DNA of 62,121 nt, filler included, from Actinobacteria bacterium UBA7524 (GCA_002478275.1; 8 parts of 8 records of this genome joined end to end with filler, not necessarily neighbours in it), one strand, 5' to 3'. Shown: positions 20,362-30,906, numbered from the whole stretch's first letter. Notes: a model not told the origin generated them from the letters alone. Numbers and translations: made by a program.

Positions 20362-20890
20362 TCTCTCGCAGCTCGTGGAGGCGGTGCTGCCCGACGAGGT
20401 CGCGCTGCGCGCGTTCGGCGAGGTGTGGCCGGTCGAGTACCGGCACGCCGACGCGGCTCGCGTGAGGGTCACCTGCGACGGCTCGGTGCTTGCGCTCAAG
20501 GGGGCGGTGCACGATGCCTCCGCCTGCCTGCTCGCGCTGCAACGCTGGCGCGACCGCGTGGGCAAGGAGCGGCTGCCCGTGCTGCTGGAAGAGGTCTCCT
20601 CGGCGTGTGGGATCGGCTACGAGCGCGTGACGGTGCGTGGGCAGCGCACGCGGTGGGGGAGTTGCTCATCGCGCGGGACGATCTCGCTCAACCGCAACCT
20701 GATGTTCCTGCCCGAGGAGCTCGTCCGTTACGTGATGCTGCACGAACTCGTGCATATGCGGGTACCGAACCACTCGAAGCGGTTCTGGGACTCGGTGACG
20801 AGGTACTATCCTGAGGTGGACGTGGCGCGCGCCGAGATGCGCCGGGGCATGTCGTACATACCGCCGTGGGCGTTGGTGAGGACTGCGTGA
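20345..20890 (+). CDS. YgjP/DUF45-like metallopeptidase
   Basis: QRTRWGSCS, YVMLHELVH, NHSKRFW. Confidence 0.85.
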   Translation: MTVAADLSQLVEAVLPDEVALRAFGEVWPVEYRHADAARVRVTCDGSVLALKGAVHDASACLLALQRWRDRVGKERLPVLLEEVSSACGIGYERVTVRGQRTRWGSCSSRGTISLNRNLMFLPEELVRYVMLHELVHMRVPNHSKRFWDSVTRYYPEVDVARAEMRRGMSYIPPWALVRTA

Positions 20891-21795
20891 ACAGGGTCGT
20901 GTACAAGGGCGACGAACTGGTGACCAAGGCGCGCTCGACGCGTTTCTGGTCCATCGCCGAGGAGACCCTGTCGCGCTTCGGCGAGAACCAGGGCGGCATG
21001 ATGGCTGCAGCGCTGACCCTGTTCCTGCTGCTCACGATCGCGCCGCTGGTGCTCATCTTCCTGTCCGTGGCTGGTCAGGTGCTCTCGGCGCACGAGGTCC
21101 GCGAGACGCTCATCGCCGCGCTCGTGACCGCTGTCGGCACCGCCGATGATGACCTGGTGCGCTTCATCGTGGAGGCCGTAGGCGGCACGGGCTCGAGGTC
21201 CGTGACGGCGGCGGCGTTTCTGGTGGCGCTCTACGGTGCGACAGGGGTGTTCGCGGGGTTCCGGGCCGCGCTCGGGCACATGTGGGAGGCCGAGCCGCTG
21301 CTCTCCGGCTGGCGCGCGTTCGTGCGCGGTCGCGCGGTCGCGCTGGTCACTTTGCTGCTGACCGGCGGCTCGATGGCGCTCGCCGTGCTGGTGCTGGCGT
21401 TCGGTACGGTGATCGTCAACATCATCATCCCCGAGGTTTGGCGCACAGGCTTACTCGCGGTACTCATCAACGACGGGATGGGTCTGTTGCTCGCTACGGT
21501 GGTGTTCGCGATCGCCTATCGTGTGCTACCAGAGCGCCGGCTCCCGTGGCGAGATCTGCTCGTAGGTGCGTTCGTGACCGCAGGCCTGGTGACACTGGGG
21601 CGGGTCGGCCTGGGCATCTACTTCTCCTTCAGCCGCCTGGCCACGGTCTACGGCGCTGTCGGCTCGTTCCTGATCGTGCTGCTCTGGCTGTACTATTCCG
21701 CCCAGGTCACGTTGATCGGCGCGCAGTTCACCTACGTCTGGTCGATCCGCGACATGCTCGACGAACCGGATGCCGCGCATCGTCCTTTGACCTGA
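20887..21795 (+). CDS. YihY/virulence factor BrkB family membrane protein
   Basis: MAAALTLF, YRVLP, YGAVGSFLIVLLWLYYSAQVTLIGA; start approximate. Confidence 0.9.
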   Translation: MNRVVYKGDELVTKARSTRFWSIAEETLSRFGENQGGMMAAALTLFLLLTIAPLVLIFLSVAGQVLSAHEVRETLIAALVTAVGTADDDLVRFIVEAVGGTGSRSVTAAAFLVALYGATGVFAGFRAALGHMWEAEPLLSGWRAFVRGRAVALVTLLLTGGSMALAVLVLAFGTVIVNIIIPEVWRTGLLAVLINDGMGLLLATVVFAIAYRVLPERRLPWRDLLVGAFVTAGLVTLGRVGLGIYFSFSRLATVYGAVGSFLIVLLWLYYSAQVTLIGAQFTYVWSIRDMLDEPDAAHRPLT

Positions 21796-21810
21796 CGGTC
21801 GCGCGAGCGC

Positions 21811-22924
21811 TCACTCCTCGTCAGGCTCCCGTGCCAGAAGCGGGGACGCCTGCCGCACCCTCTCGACCACCGCGGAGGTCTCTGCGTGCACGGCTTCGGC
21901 GACCCCGGGCAAAGGATGGAACGAGTCTTCCATGAGGAGTGCGGGCGCGGGGAGGCCGGAGGTCTCCTCGGCAAGAGTGCGCCACGCCTGCGGTAGCTCA
22001 TCGGGCAGATCGACGCCGAGGAGAGCCGCCAGCAGGCACGTCCACGCGCGCGGCACGCCCGAGTACGTGTCGTAGCCGCCTCCGCCGGTGACACAGATGC
22101 GTCCGTCGCACGAGGCGTCGGCGGCGGCGATGATGCTCGTGACGAGGTCGCGATATCCGCTGAGGGTGAGTCCGAGATGGGTGAGGGGGTCGGTGTGCAG
22201 CGCGTCGGCACCGCACTGTGCGATGACGGCGTCGGGAGCAAACGCCGCAAGGGCCGGTGCGATGATGTAGCGGGCGACGAGGCGGTAGGCGGTGTCATCG
22301 GCGTACGGCGGGAGGGGCACGTTGATGGCGAAGCCCTGACCGGCCCCTTTGCCCGTCTCTACCACGCGTCCGGTGCCGGGATAGAGGTAGCGTCCGGACT
22401 CGTGAACGGAGATGGTGAGCACGTCGGGGTCCTCGTAGAAGATCTCCTGTACGCCGTCGCCGTGATGGGCGTCGACGTCCACGTAGGCGACGCGCAGGCC
22501 GGGATGGTCGCGACGAAGCACCTCGATCGCGACGGCCAGGTCGTTGTAGACGCAGAAGCCAGCCGCCCGGTCGCGATGAGCGTGATGGAGCCCTCCGGCG
22601 ATGCTCATCGAGCGGCGGGTCTCGCCTTCGACGATCGCGCGCAGCGCGCGGGTGGTCGCCCCGCATGCCATGAGCGCTGCGTCGTGCATGCTGCGAAAGG
22701 CCGGCGTGTCACCGGGACCGATGCCACGACGCGGGGCGAAGCCCGTCGGATCGGCCCCTGCGGCGATCACGGTCTCGATGTAGGAGGTATCGTGTACGAG
22801 TTCGAGGCTGACGCGATCGAGCGGCTCGGGCTGCACCGCTTTGACGCGGGATGCGTGTGGGGCCGGGGCGGGGGAGCCGGGCAACAACCCGTACGCGCGC
22901 ATCAGATCGACGGCAAGCGTGAAC
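21811..22924 (-). CDS. acuC: Acetoin utilization protein AcuC / HDAC family deacetylase (5' partial)
   Basis: GGLHHA, GFCVYND, VDVDAHHGDGVQ, SVHESG, YPGTG, GGGGY. Confidence 0.88.
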
Positions 22925-23024
22925 NNNNNNNNNNNNNNNNNNNNNNNNNNNNNNNNNNNNNNNNNNNNTTAATTAATTAANNNNNNNNNNNNNNNNNNNN
23001 NNNNNNNNNNNNNNNNNNNNNNNN

Positions 23025-23046
23025 CACTTCAAACTTGAACTCAGGC
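23025..23046. mobile_element. Repeated element end, copy 1 (IS30-like IR)
   Basis: CACTTCAAACTTGAACTCAGGC is identical at 28754-28775 and 42226-42247, each at a contig start. Confidence 0.6.
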
Positions 23047-24077
23047 AAGTGGGGCAGCCCCGGCTGCGTCTTGACCGCCGTCACCCATGACACGACAACA
23101 AGAGGCACATTCGAGAGGAGACCGAGACCCGCCTGGCGTATGAACTCAGCGGGAGCCGGCCAGTTCGCGACGTCCGTCTCCTTCAGCAGAGCGCCGAACG
23201 CATCCCAGGCGCCTGCGTACACCAGTGCCCCGAAGCCCGTTCCGAGCAGCACCCACAAGGCGACACCCATCCAGACGTAGACGGGTGCGCCACCGCGCCG
23301 CGCACGACTGATCGCCACCCAGGCCACTGCGCAGGACACGACCACCCAGATGACGACGACTGAAATCCGCCCTAGACCGAAAGCCCGCGTCAGCTGCCCG
23401 AACGCGCTGCCGCCCGCCCAGGTGTAGAGCGCGGCCCCTGCGATCCACGAGGCGGAGGATCGAGGGTACACGCCGCGGGTCACCTCGACCGCACGCGCGG
23501 CAAGTTCGGGCGCCCTCTCCATGTCCCGCGCCGCTTGAGCGAGCAAGCGCCTCGTCTCATCCGGCCTGGACAGCCGCCACGCGAGCCATCCGATGGTCAC
23601 GGTGATGGCGGCGGCCACGCCGACGAGCAGCCATCCGACCGGGGTGAGCGAACGAGGACCGCCCAGGTCCCAGGTAACCGATATGAAAGCAATCATCAGC
23701 AGAGACAGTGGGATCATCAAGGCGGCGAACGGCAGCAGCATGGCCACACCGACGGTTCTCCAACCGGGACCCCCCATGCTCCAGACTCTGCCTCGCGCAG
23801 CCGCGAGCGGCTCATCCAGGGCGGCCGCGAGCGCCTCGCTGTACATGCGGAGTACCGAGAGCCGCGGGGTCGCCCACAGTACGTAAACCACGAACGACGC
23901 AAGCGCCGCCCCTGAAACGAGGTAGGACGTTAGCTGGGAAACCGCATCTGGAAGCACGAACGACGTCAGCACCAGGGCGACCACCGCCACCGCCGAGGAG
24001 ATCAGCAAGCCGAAGATGGCAGCCTGCAACCATGCGGGCGCTTCCGCATTGAGTCTCTCCACCAGGCTCCTCGACAC
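23047..24077 (-). CDS. Gene-cassette multi-pass membrane protein (3' end abuts IS end)
   Basis: Many hydrophobic segments; GTG start 15 bp after the attC R' site. Confidence 0.7.
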
Positions 24078-24091
24078 GACTCCCCCACTTT

Positions 24092-24196
24092 GCCTAACGC
24101 TTGTGCGGATGAGCTGCAATACGCCGCCCTCCACGCTTTCCTAGCCGAGTGTACCTCGTCACGCGGCGTATTGACTGCTCGATCCGCTTGTTAGAC
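24092..24196 (-). repeat. Integron attC site (105 bp)
   Basis: Minus strand GTCTAAC-AAGCG-GATCGAGC-AGTCAATACGCCGC...GCGGCGTATTGCA-GCTCATC-..-GTTAGGC; R''/L''/L'/R' with extrahelical base. Confidence 0.9.
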
Positions 24197-24225
24197 ACAC
24201 AGCCGACACCACCGAAACAGCAGGC

Positions 24226-24720
24226 TCACATCTGATTTCGCCGGCTCTGCGAACGCCTCGACACAAGACAGGCCAGCAAAGTCAGCGAGTAGGTCAAGAT
24301 GCCAACAACCGCGACCTGCAACGCTGGCTCCATGCGAGGCAACATGGCGACGACCCCGTACACCGGCGCACCGAAAGCGAAGACCAGGACCAGCGGCAAC
24401 AGCGCCAGTCCCGCTAGTTCCGAGTTCTGCACATCTGAGATGATGAGCCCCCAGAGCATCAGGGGCATCACTAAGGCGGCGGCGACCCAAAAGACCGTGG
24501 CGAAGCGAACGAAACGTGCCTCAAGGCGTCCGCCGGAGTACAACCCCGCGACAGGCCATGCCGCGAGTGCGACCAAGGTGGATAGGCTGCCCAAGAAGGA
24601 TGGCGAACCGCCCATGATGAAGTCCCCGGAGTTGACCGTGGCCGCAACCACCCACAGCAGCACCAAGACCAATGCCGACACCAGGGTGCGTCGTCTCACT
24701 GCAACCACGATTCGCATCAC
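24226..24720 (-). CDS. Gene-cassette membrane protein
   Basis: Hydrophobic 164-aa ORF bounded by attC sites; cassette ends GTTAGACACA / TGTGTCTAAC complementary. Confidence 0.75.
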   Translation of the reverse strand: MMRIVVAVRRRTLVSALVLVLLWVVAATVNSGDFIMGGSPSFLGSLSTLVALAAWPVAGLYSGGRLEARFVRFATVFWVAAALVMPLMLWGLIISDVQNSELAGLALLPLVLVFAFGAPVYGVVAMLPRMEPALQVAVVGILTYSLTLLACLVSRRSQSRRNQM

Positions 24721-24749
24721 TCAACCCCCCGGAAAGCATGCGTTGTTGT

Positions 24750-25002
24750 GTCTAACGCTTGTGCGGATGAGCTNNNNNNNNNNNNNNNNNNNNNNNNNNN
24801 NNNNNNNNNNNNNNNNNNNNNNNNNNNNNNNNNNNNNNNNNNNNNNNNNNNNNNNNNNNNNNNNNNNNNNNNNNNNNNNNNNNNNNNNNNNNNNNNNNNN
24901 NNNNNNNNNNNNNTTGCGCATGACACGCGAGCCGCGGGCCATACGCGTCTACCCCAATCACCGTACCGGCGCGGCGAGTCGTTGTCGATGCGCGTGTTGG
25001 AC
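24750..25002 (-). repeat. Two partial attC sites flanking an N gap
   Basis: 24750-24773 GTCTAACGCTTGTGCGGATGAGCT is near-identical to the start of attC 24092; 24914-25002 is a hairpin ending GTCGATGCGCGTGTTGGAC. Confidence 0.8.
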
Positions 25003-25035
25003 AGGCCGGTGCAGGTCTCGACCAGTGTCGGTCCG

Positions 25036-25828
25036 CTAGGAACCCGGGTAGCCATATTCCTGGTGCGCCGGATGCGCGCTCATGAACTTTCGAATCCGCT
25101 CAGCGAGTTCCGTCGCTGTCTGGTGACTGACGCCGCCCCCTGTCACCATTCGGACCTGGTCGGCTGTGCCGAAAGTGAGCCAGTGAACCTCATTCGAGAT
25201 TCGCTCGATCCACCTGACCGAGTCGGGCGAGCGGACATTCACTTCAGTGCACGCTGAACGCATCTGCACTTCCAGCACAACGCCCCCGCGCGCGAGGCTG
25301 ACGAACCGGGAGTCGACCTCTACAACCTCCCGTTTGGCACCTGCTCGTGATGCCCAAAGTAAGCCCAACAGCATAAAGACGCCAATAGCAGCTGCCGGCA
25401 GCGTCCAGGACGGACCCTCCAGTCNNNNNNNNNNNNNNNNNNNNNNNNNNNNNNNNNNNNNNNNNNNNNNNNNNNNNNNNNNNNNNNNNNNNNNNNNNNN
25501 NNNNNNNNNNNNNNNNNNNNNNNNNNNNNNNNNNNNNNNNNNNNNNNNNNGTCCAGGACGGACCCTCCAGTCTGGATGGAACAATCGCGTCTAGCGCACC
25601 CCAAGTGAGCGCAAGCGTAGCGAACGACAAAGATGCCGCCAGCACAGCGGCCAAGAGCCTAGCCGCCGATCGTGCAGGCATGTCGATTACAAGGCGTATC
25701 GGACCTCGAGCGACCTGACCAACGCCGGTCACGAAAGGCTGGTCGAGCTTGGTCTGCCATTCGACGGTTGCTGGCGTTGAGTCGAGATAGACGTAGGTGT
25801 GTCTAGAATCTCGCTCGGGCACCATCAT
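25036..25828 (-). CDS. Gene-cassette membrane protein (one ORF across an overlap gap)
   Basis: 22-bp overlap either side of the gap merges ...LEGPSW with LEGPSWTLPAAA... in frame; two TM segments. Confidence 0.65.
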
Positions 25829-25839
25829 CTCCTGGCTCT

Positions 25840-25906
25840 GTCCAACGTCTCTTGAGATGAGCTGCAGCCGGCAAGGCCGGCTGTCAGCTCGATCTCATGG
25901 TTAGGC
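25840..25906 (-). repeat. Integron attC site (67 bp)
   Basis: Plus strand GTCCAAC..GAGATGAGCTGCAGCCGG caagg CCGGCTGTCAGCTCGATCTC..GTTAGGC. Confidence 0.9.
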
Positions 25907-25914
25907 CGGTCCGA

Positions 25915-26403
25915 CTAGTGGCCAGAGTCGTGGACCAGCCATCGCCCCGAACCGTCCTCCACCACTATGACATCGAAGTCGTCAGGCAGGACATCGTCGG
26001 GCTGTGGCTGCGGGAGCCGGCCGGTAACGTGGAAGACGGCGATTCGCTTGAATCCGCTTTCCTCGTACTGATCGACGAGCTCACTCGGTTTGATGAACCG
26101 CCCGCCCTGCACAATCGACTCGACCTCGAATCCTGTCCAGCGCTTCAGTTGTCCGAGATTGTCAAGATAGGCGGAGCGTCTGCTCTCAGTCACCGTCTCG
26201 ACCAGCGCGTCAATGTCGTTGCCGCTGAGCGCTTCAAGGTAACGCTCGACCACAGCGGCTGCGTCGCTCGTCTCCTGCGAGTCAAGCGGAGCAGTCAGAC
26301 TAGCCGCTCCTCCGGCTCGCGTCTCTGGAGCAACCGCACAACCTGCCAAGAGTGAAACCAGTATCATCACAAGTACCGCAACGGAGACTCGCTTTGCCAA
26401 CAT
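25915..26403 (-). CDS. Cassette lipoprotein (NTF2-like/DUF4829-like)
   Basis: Lipobox LAGC; VVERYLEAL...GRWLVHDSG; RBS AGGAGG. Confidence 0.65.
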   Translation of the reverse strand: MLAKRVSVAVLVMILVSLLAGCAVAPETRAGGAASLTAPLDSQETSDAAAVVERYLEALSGNDIDALVETVTESRRSAYLDNLGQLKRWTGFEVESIVQGGRFIKPSELVDQYEESGFKRIAVFHVTGRLPQPQPDDVLPDDFDVIVVEDGSGRWLVHDSGH

Positions 26404-26477
26404 GACCCTCCTGACGTCATCGAGCCGAGAGTTCGGTCGCCGTTCGTCGTGCATGTCTGCTGTCTCGATGCTCTCGA

Positions 26478-27743
26478 TCATTTGTCGAAACTCGCCGTGC
26501 CGAACCGAAGTCTCCGCATATAGCAGTTGGAACCGCCCCAGCCATTGATCACGTCGGTGAGCGCCCGGTCCTTCAGATCGCTTGAATGCTGACAAACGAA
26601 CCACCTGCTCCACCCGGACTTCGAATTGTCGAGGCGGCTTGCGTATACGGAGTGACCGTAGCTGCCGCTGCTGCCGTTGCGCACCTGCAGTACGTTACCA
26701 ACTTCGAGATCGCTTGAGCTCATGTTGGTGTACTTGAGATTGTTGTTGAAGCCAGTCGCTTTGGGGCCAACCGTCTTGGACGAGATGGAGTACGTCCAGA
26801 ATGAGCTGACGCTTTCCCAGTTGGACACGCCGCCGCCCGTCCCAGCCTGCCAGATGCTAGGTACCATGCGCACCTTGTTAGTGATATTCGCTTTGCTCTG
26901 AGTGTCGTTTCCCTCAACGTAGCCGCCATAGGCCGCCCAGACGCACTGCGATACGAAGTTCGTGCAGTCACCCCCGTTGACGTAGTAGAACCATCTTGGC
27001 GCGGAGGAAGGGGCGAACCTGTTTGCATAGTTGACTCCGCGAGGGATGTAGTAGGAGTAGGAACTCGCAGCCAGCGCTACAGGCTCAGACTCGAGCATAG
27101 ACAAGTCCGCGTCCGCCGCACTCCTCTTCACCTCGTCGGCAAGTCCCGCAAGGGCATCTCTCCTCCGGCTCTTGACCGCTCCCAGCGAATCGTCAAATGA
27201 CTGTCCTGCTCTGATGCCCCCAGAAACCTCGTCCCTGAGCACCCGGTATCCGTCAAAGTCGCTTTGGATGCCGACTATCCGCCACGAGCTGCCGACGCGC
27301 TTGAGCTGGAACCTATAGGTCACGTTGTAGATGCCTGATTCGACCTCGGGTGACGACTTGTAGTGGTAGTCGACATCCGCAACAAGTGCGACTTCGGCCG
27401 TCCGTGGCTTGACCGACACCTCGACAACCCGCGTGCGCAAGGAGAAGTCGGACCAGCCTGTGCCGAGCCGCCTTGCACCGTCAAGCTCAAGCGCGTCCCA
27501 AGAGAGTGCGACTGCGGTGTCTTTGGTCAGATCGACGTTCGCGGGCTGGCGGTAGGAATCAAGTGAGACCAGTGCATCCAGACGCTCCCGCACATAGCCC
27601 TGGGCAATCGCGACGACCGCGTCTTGTTCCAGAGTATCGACAGGTGCGGCGAATGCTGGGAGTGGAGCGCCGACCGACGCGAGTGTCACCACCAATGCAA
27701 GCACCCCGCCGAAGCACCTGCTGACCAGCGCATGTACCGACAT
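26478..27743 (-). CDS. Cassette secreted putative amidase (Amidase_6-like C-terminal domain)
   Basis: Signal peptide (PAFA), YANRFA..GGDCTNFVSQC, GHS, CQHS. Confidence 0.75.
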   Translation of the reverse strand: MSVHALVSRCFGGVLALVVTLASVGAPLPAFAAPVDTLEQDAVVAIAQGYVRERLDALVSLDSYRQPANVDLTKDTAVALSWDALELDGARRLGTGWSDFSLRTRVVEVSVKPRTAEVALVADVDYHYKSSPEVESGIYNVTYRFQLKRVGSSWRIVGIQSDFDGYRVLRDEVSGGIRAGQSFDDSLGAVKSRRRDALAGLADEVKRSAADADLSMLESEPVALAASSYSYYIPRGVNYANRFAPSSAPRWFYYVNGGDCTNFVSQCVWAAYGGYVEGNDTQSKANITNKVRMVPSIWQAGTGGGVSNWESVSSFWTYSISSKTVGPKATGFNNNLKYTNMSSSDLEVGNVLQVRNGSSGSYGHSVYASRLDNSKSGWSRWFVCQHSSDLKDRALTDVINGWGGSNCYMRRLRFGTASFDK

Positions 27744-27806
27744 GATTTCCCCCTCAGAAACGGCGCACCCCCTCGGATGCACATCGCCGTAATCATGCCG
27801 CCAACG

Positions 27807-27839
27807 TGTTACCAGAGTCTTACCAGGATCTTAACCGGC
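27807..27839. promoter_or_regulatory. Three 11-bp direct repeats in the cassette leader (possible response-regulator site)
   Basis: TGTTACCAGAG TCTTACCAGGA TCTTAACCGGC. Confidence 0.4.
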
Positions 27840-27851
27840 ACCAGAAACTCG

Positions 27852-27943
27852 GCCTAACGTGGTTGCGGATAACCTGCGCGCCTACAGCTTACCGCGCGAA
27901 GCGCCGAGACGCTTGTCGCGTCAGGTTGATCCGCTTGTTAGCA
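27852..27943 (-). repeat. Integron attC site (92 bp)
   Basis: Plus strand GCCTAAC..GCGGATAACCTGCGCG...CGCGTCAGGTTGATCCGCTTGTTAGCA. Confidence 0.9.
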
Positions 27944-27952
27944 GGCACGCCG

Positions 27953-28564
27953 CTAGTCCGGCACCGCTCTCCACCAATGACCAGACTCGTGCTCGACCCG
28001 GTACATTTCCCGAAGCGACGCTGGGACGCGCGTACCCGTGGAGTCCGACACGTAGATCGAGGCCGAGTATGAGTCCAAGATGCCTCTCACGTCCCAGAAC
28101 CACACCGCCAACACGTCGCTGTCACGGTAGACGGTCACGACACCGCTGTCCGAAAGCAGCTTCTTGTATCCCTCCAGCTCGATGTCGTGGTGACCGGATG
28201 CATCTGCGTGCCGGTTTCGCTCGATGACCCTCTCAGCCAGCATCTCACGGACAGGTCGCTTCACTACGCGAGCACCTTCGTCAGCAACCATCGACAGAGG
28301 CAGGAACAGCAGGCAGGCGGCCACCGTGCCGCATGAGACGGCCAGCAGAGTGCGAGGTCGACGGCCACCGAATCTGGACGACACGGAATCGAGCATGAAG
28401 ATCGCACTCACGACGGCACCGATAAGCCCAATCGCGCCTGCAGCGAGCACCACAAAGCCGATAAGGATGAAGCCGAAGAACCCGATGGCTGCAGCCAACG
28501 GTGCTAGAAGCACGGTGATGGCAATCGGGGCCGCAAAGGCTGCGATGAGTGGACGGCGCTTCAT
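27953..28564 (-). CDS. Gene-cassette membrane protein
   Basis: N-terminal TM helices; bounded by an attC and an IS-interrupted R' site. Confidence 0.7.
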   Translation of the reverse strand: MKRRPLIAAFAAPIAITVLLAPLAAAIGFFGFILIGFVVLAAGAIGLIGAVVSAIFMLDSVSSRFGGRRPRTLLAVSCGTVAACLLFLPLSMVADEGARVVKRPVREMLAERVIERNRHADASGHHDIELEGYKKLLSDSGVVTVYRDSDVLAVWFWDVRGILDSYSASIYVSDSTGTRVPASLREMYRVEHESGHWWRAVPD

Positions 28565-28632
28565 GAGTCGACGCTACCGCAGCTACAACCTCTTCGAGCC
28601 GTATCGTAAGCGGGACGACATCTTGTCCTGCT

Positions 28633-28652
28633 AGTCACTATGAGATGGCCGG
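28633..28652 (+). mobile_element. IS1111-type IS110 element, left end (copy 3)
   Basis: AGTCACT-ATGAGATGGCCGG identical to 46391 and 52644; follows CCTGCT, the R' of the next attC. Confidence 0.85.
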
Positions 28653-28752
28653 NNNNNNNNNNNNNNNNNNNNNNNNNNNNNNNNNNNNNNNNNNNNTTAA
28701 TTAATTAANNNNNNNNNNNNNNNNNNNNNNNNNNNNNNNNNNNNNNNNNNNN

Positions 28753-28775
28753 GCACTTCAAACTTGAACTCAGGC
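28753..28775. mobile_element. Repeated element end, copy 2 (IS30-like IR)
   Basis: GCACTTCAAACTTGAACTCAGGC. Confidence 0.6.
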
Positions 28776-28786
28776 GCCCGCCAACA

Positions 28787-29386
28787 TCAAGACGCGAGCA
28801 TAAGCAGCCCGCCCAACGTCCATGTAATCAGAGCGCGAACAGCAATAGGCATCCAGATGCCGGCGCTAAGCACCGCGGCTACGATGTATGAGATTCCCTT
28901 GGTCTTCTTGCTTAGATTGCCATTCCATAGCAGACCGAATATCAGACCGCCAAACATGAAGTTGGCGAAAGAAATTGCCTTGCTGGACCTGAGCAAGGGC
29001 TTATCTGTGAAGTACGACGGATAGAACTTCACGGCATAGACGAACATGACGATGTTTCCGACCATGCCGGACAGCTGAGGGAACATTTCCTCGCTGCCTC
29101 CGAGCATGGCAGTCAGCATCATCAGAGGCATTGCGACCAGAGTCCCCAGGAACACAAACAGCAGGAAGCCAGGTATCAGCCCGAGAACAGAGAATCCTAC
29201 TGATGTTTTCCATGCTTCCAGGACCGGTGCCGGGGGCGATTCGCCGGAAGGTGCCCCCGACTCAGCAGTGGGTGAACTGGCAAGAGTGGGCGCCATATCC
29301 TGTGTCCATGCGGTTCCATCCCAGTACCGCTGTTGTTCAGGGCTCTCGGGATCCGGATACCATCCGGCGGGTGCTGTCTGCGTCAT
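28787..29386 (-). CDS. DUF2510-type domain membrane protein (cassette)
   Basis: PAGWYPDP..QRYWDGTAWT followed by TM helices. Confidence 0.8.
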   Translation of the reverse strand: MTQTAPAGWYPDPESPEQQRYWDGTAWTQDMAPTLASSPTAESGAPSGESPPAPVLEAWKTSVGFSVLGLIPGFLLFVFLGTLVAMPLMMLTAMLGGSEEMFPQLSGMVGNIVMFVYAVKFYPSYFTDKPLLRSSKAISFANFMFGGLIFGLLWNGNLSKKTKGISYIVAAVLSAGIWMPIAVRALITWTLGGLLMLAS

Positions 29387-29479
29387 GTGGGCCCCGTCCC
29401 TCGTTCGGTTTCGTATGCGACGCGGACTCCCCAGTTGCGTCGCCTGCAGACAGTGTACATTCGCCGATGACATCTGCGC

Positions 29480-29551
29480 GTCTCACGTGTTTGGCGTGAC
29501 CCGCAGACCGCGGCTCGTCAGCCGGGGTTCGCCGTCCCCGCCGATGCGGTC
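29480..29551 (-). repeat. Degenerate attC remnant
   Basis: GTCTCAC (for GTCTAAC) GTGTTTGGCGTGACCCGCAGACCGC...GCGGTC; the L''/R'' arm is missing. Confidence 0.45.
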
Positions 29552-30863
29552 ATTGATTCCTAGGCGGAGGGTAGAGCTTGGGCTTGGGGGGGCCTGGGAC
29601 TGGCCACACCCGATAGATGTCGTCTAGCTCCTTCTGCATCTTCCCATCCGCATCACGCCAAACCTTGAACCTGACGACATAGTTCTCATCTTCACGGTTG
29701 ACGTCGTGCAGGCCGTGAACAAGCACGGTGTCAGTTCCATTTCTGCTTACGTGCGCGCTGCTCCCCCAAACGAGGTCGGCGAAGTGTTCGTCCTTTGCGG
29801 CCGCGGCATCTCGCGCGTCAGCAAGTAGCCTGTCCCTACTGCCGAGTTCCTTGACCCAGAAGTGCTGCGGGTCCGGCCTTCCTTCGGAATACAGGGGCCA
29901 ATCGTCACTCCGCATCAGCTCGACTTCATCCCCCTGGAAAGTGACGTAGACATAGCCGCCCTCGACCCCGAGCTGCACGTCTGATGTCCGCGAGGGGTAC
30001 GCCTTCGCATCAATCACATTGACCATAGAAATGGAGTCGACGCCCAAGGACCTCAACACCTCAACCAGACTGTGCGCCTGCGCATCACGAAGTCCCTGGT
30101 ACTTGAACTCGCGAATGACCCGTTTGGGGTCATCCCTGATCGACAGCATGGCGTCTGAACCTTCCGAGAAGAAGCTGGACAATGCCAGAAGCAGGATCGG
30201 TAGAGCAACCGCCCAGTACACCCAGCGCGGCCTTCCCCACTCAAGCAGCCTCTTCGCTCGAGAGGAGATCGATTGTGGGTCACCTGGGACCGGTCCTGCG
30301 GGAGCGGCCCATGAAGCGCCCTCCCAGAACCTCTGTAGACCGGGATGCTCGGGGTCCTCATACCAGCCAGCCGGTGGGAACCTTTCGGGCCAGAGAGCGC
30401 GCTCAATCTCCTCAGCCCTGGCAAGAAGAGCGGCGTGACGTTGATCTCTTGAAACGGTCGCCACTTCCCTGAGTGGGTACCACTTCCCCGTGTCGTTCGG
30501 CACGAACAGCCACATGAGTTCCTCTGCGTCCGTGAAGGAAACGGGCGTCTTGAGCGTGATGCGGATATAGAGCCAAGTCGAGAGAGTGTGAATCCAGCGA
30601 CCGGCGGTCATGGCGTTGAGGTAGCCGGCAAGCGCGAAGAAGCTGGGTATTCCGACCAGGAGGAAGATGCCGATTACTATGGTCGCCAAGCTGCGAGGCA
30701 GCAGCATGACCAGATTGAAGGGGTTGAACCCCACGGCGTGGAAGTAGCTCGGGATTGCCCACAGAGCCGCCCAGAGAACACCCATCCACATGAAATAGGT
30801 GGCGTATACAAGCACATTCAGGGCGCGGTAGTACCCGTGGGTGTTTGGAACTTTGACTGCCAC
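29550..30863 (-). CDS. DUF2510-type domain membrane protein (cassette)
   Basis: TM helices plus PAGWYEDP..QRFWEGASW; RBS GAGAGGAG. Confidence 0.75.
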   Translation of the reverse strand: MAVKVPNTHGYYRALNVLVYATYFMWMGVLWAALWAIPSYFHAVGFNPFNLVMLLPRSLATIVIGIFLLVGIPSFFALAGYLNAMTAGRWIHTLSTWLYIRITLKTPVSFTDAEELMWLFVPNDTGKWYPLREVATVSRDQRHAALLARAEEIERALWPERFPPAGWYEDPEHPGLQRFWEGASWAAPAGPVPGDPQSISSRAKRLLEWGRPRWVYWAVALPILLLALSSFFSEGSDAMLSIRDDPKRVIREFKYQGLRDAQAHSLVEVLRSLGVDSISMVNVIDAKAYPSRTSDVQLGVEGGYVYVTFQGDEVELMRSDDWPLYSEGRPDPQHFWVKELGSRDRLLADARDAAAAKDEHFADLVWGSSAHVSRNGTDTVLVHGLHDVNREDENYVVRFKVWRDADGKMQKELDDIYRVWPVPGPPKPKLYPPPRNQ

Positions 30864-30906
30864 GGAGCTACTCCTCTCAGGCGCGCTCCACTTGTCTGCT
30901 TCGTGC

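Noticed and set aside
7291..20565. Long antisense ORFs (e.g. 7291-8949, 11014-12621, 18289-20565)
   Set aside because: Shadows of real genes on the opposite strand in high-GC DNA; no motifs.
23025..23046. Group IIC-attC intron end at R''
   Set aside because: The position is suggestive, but the visible sequence lacks domain V/VI features and the typical intron terminus; it looks more like an IS inverted repeat.
25403..25572. 22-bp direct repeat GTCCAGGACGGACCCTCCAGTC around an N gap
   Set aside because: Merging the copies restores one reading frame, so this is most likely an unmerged assembly overlap rather than a CRISPR repeat or target duplication.
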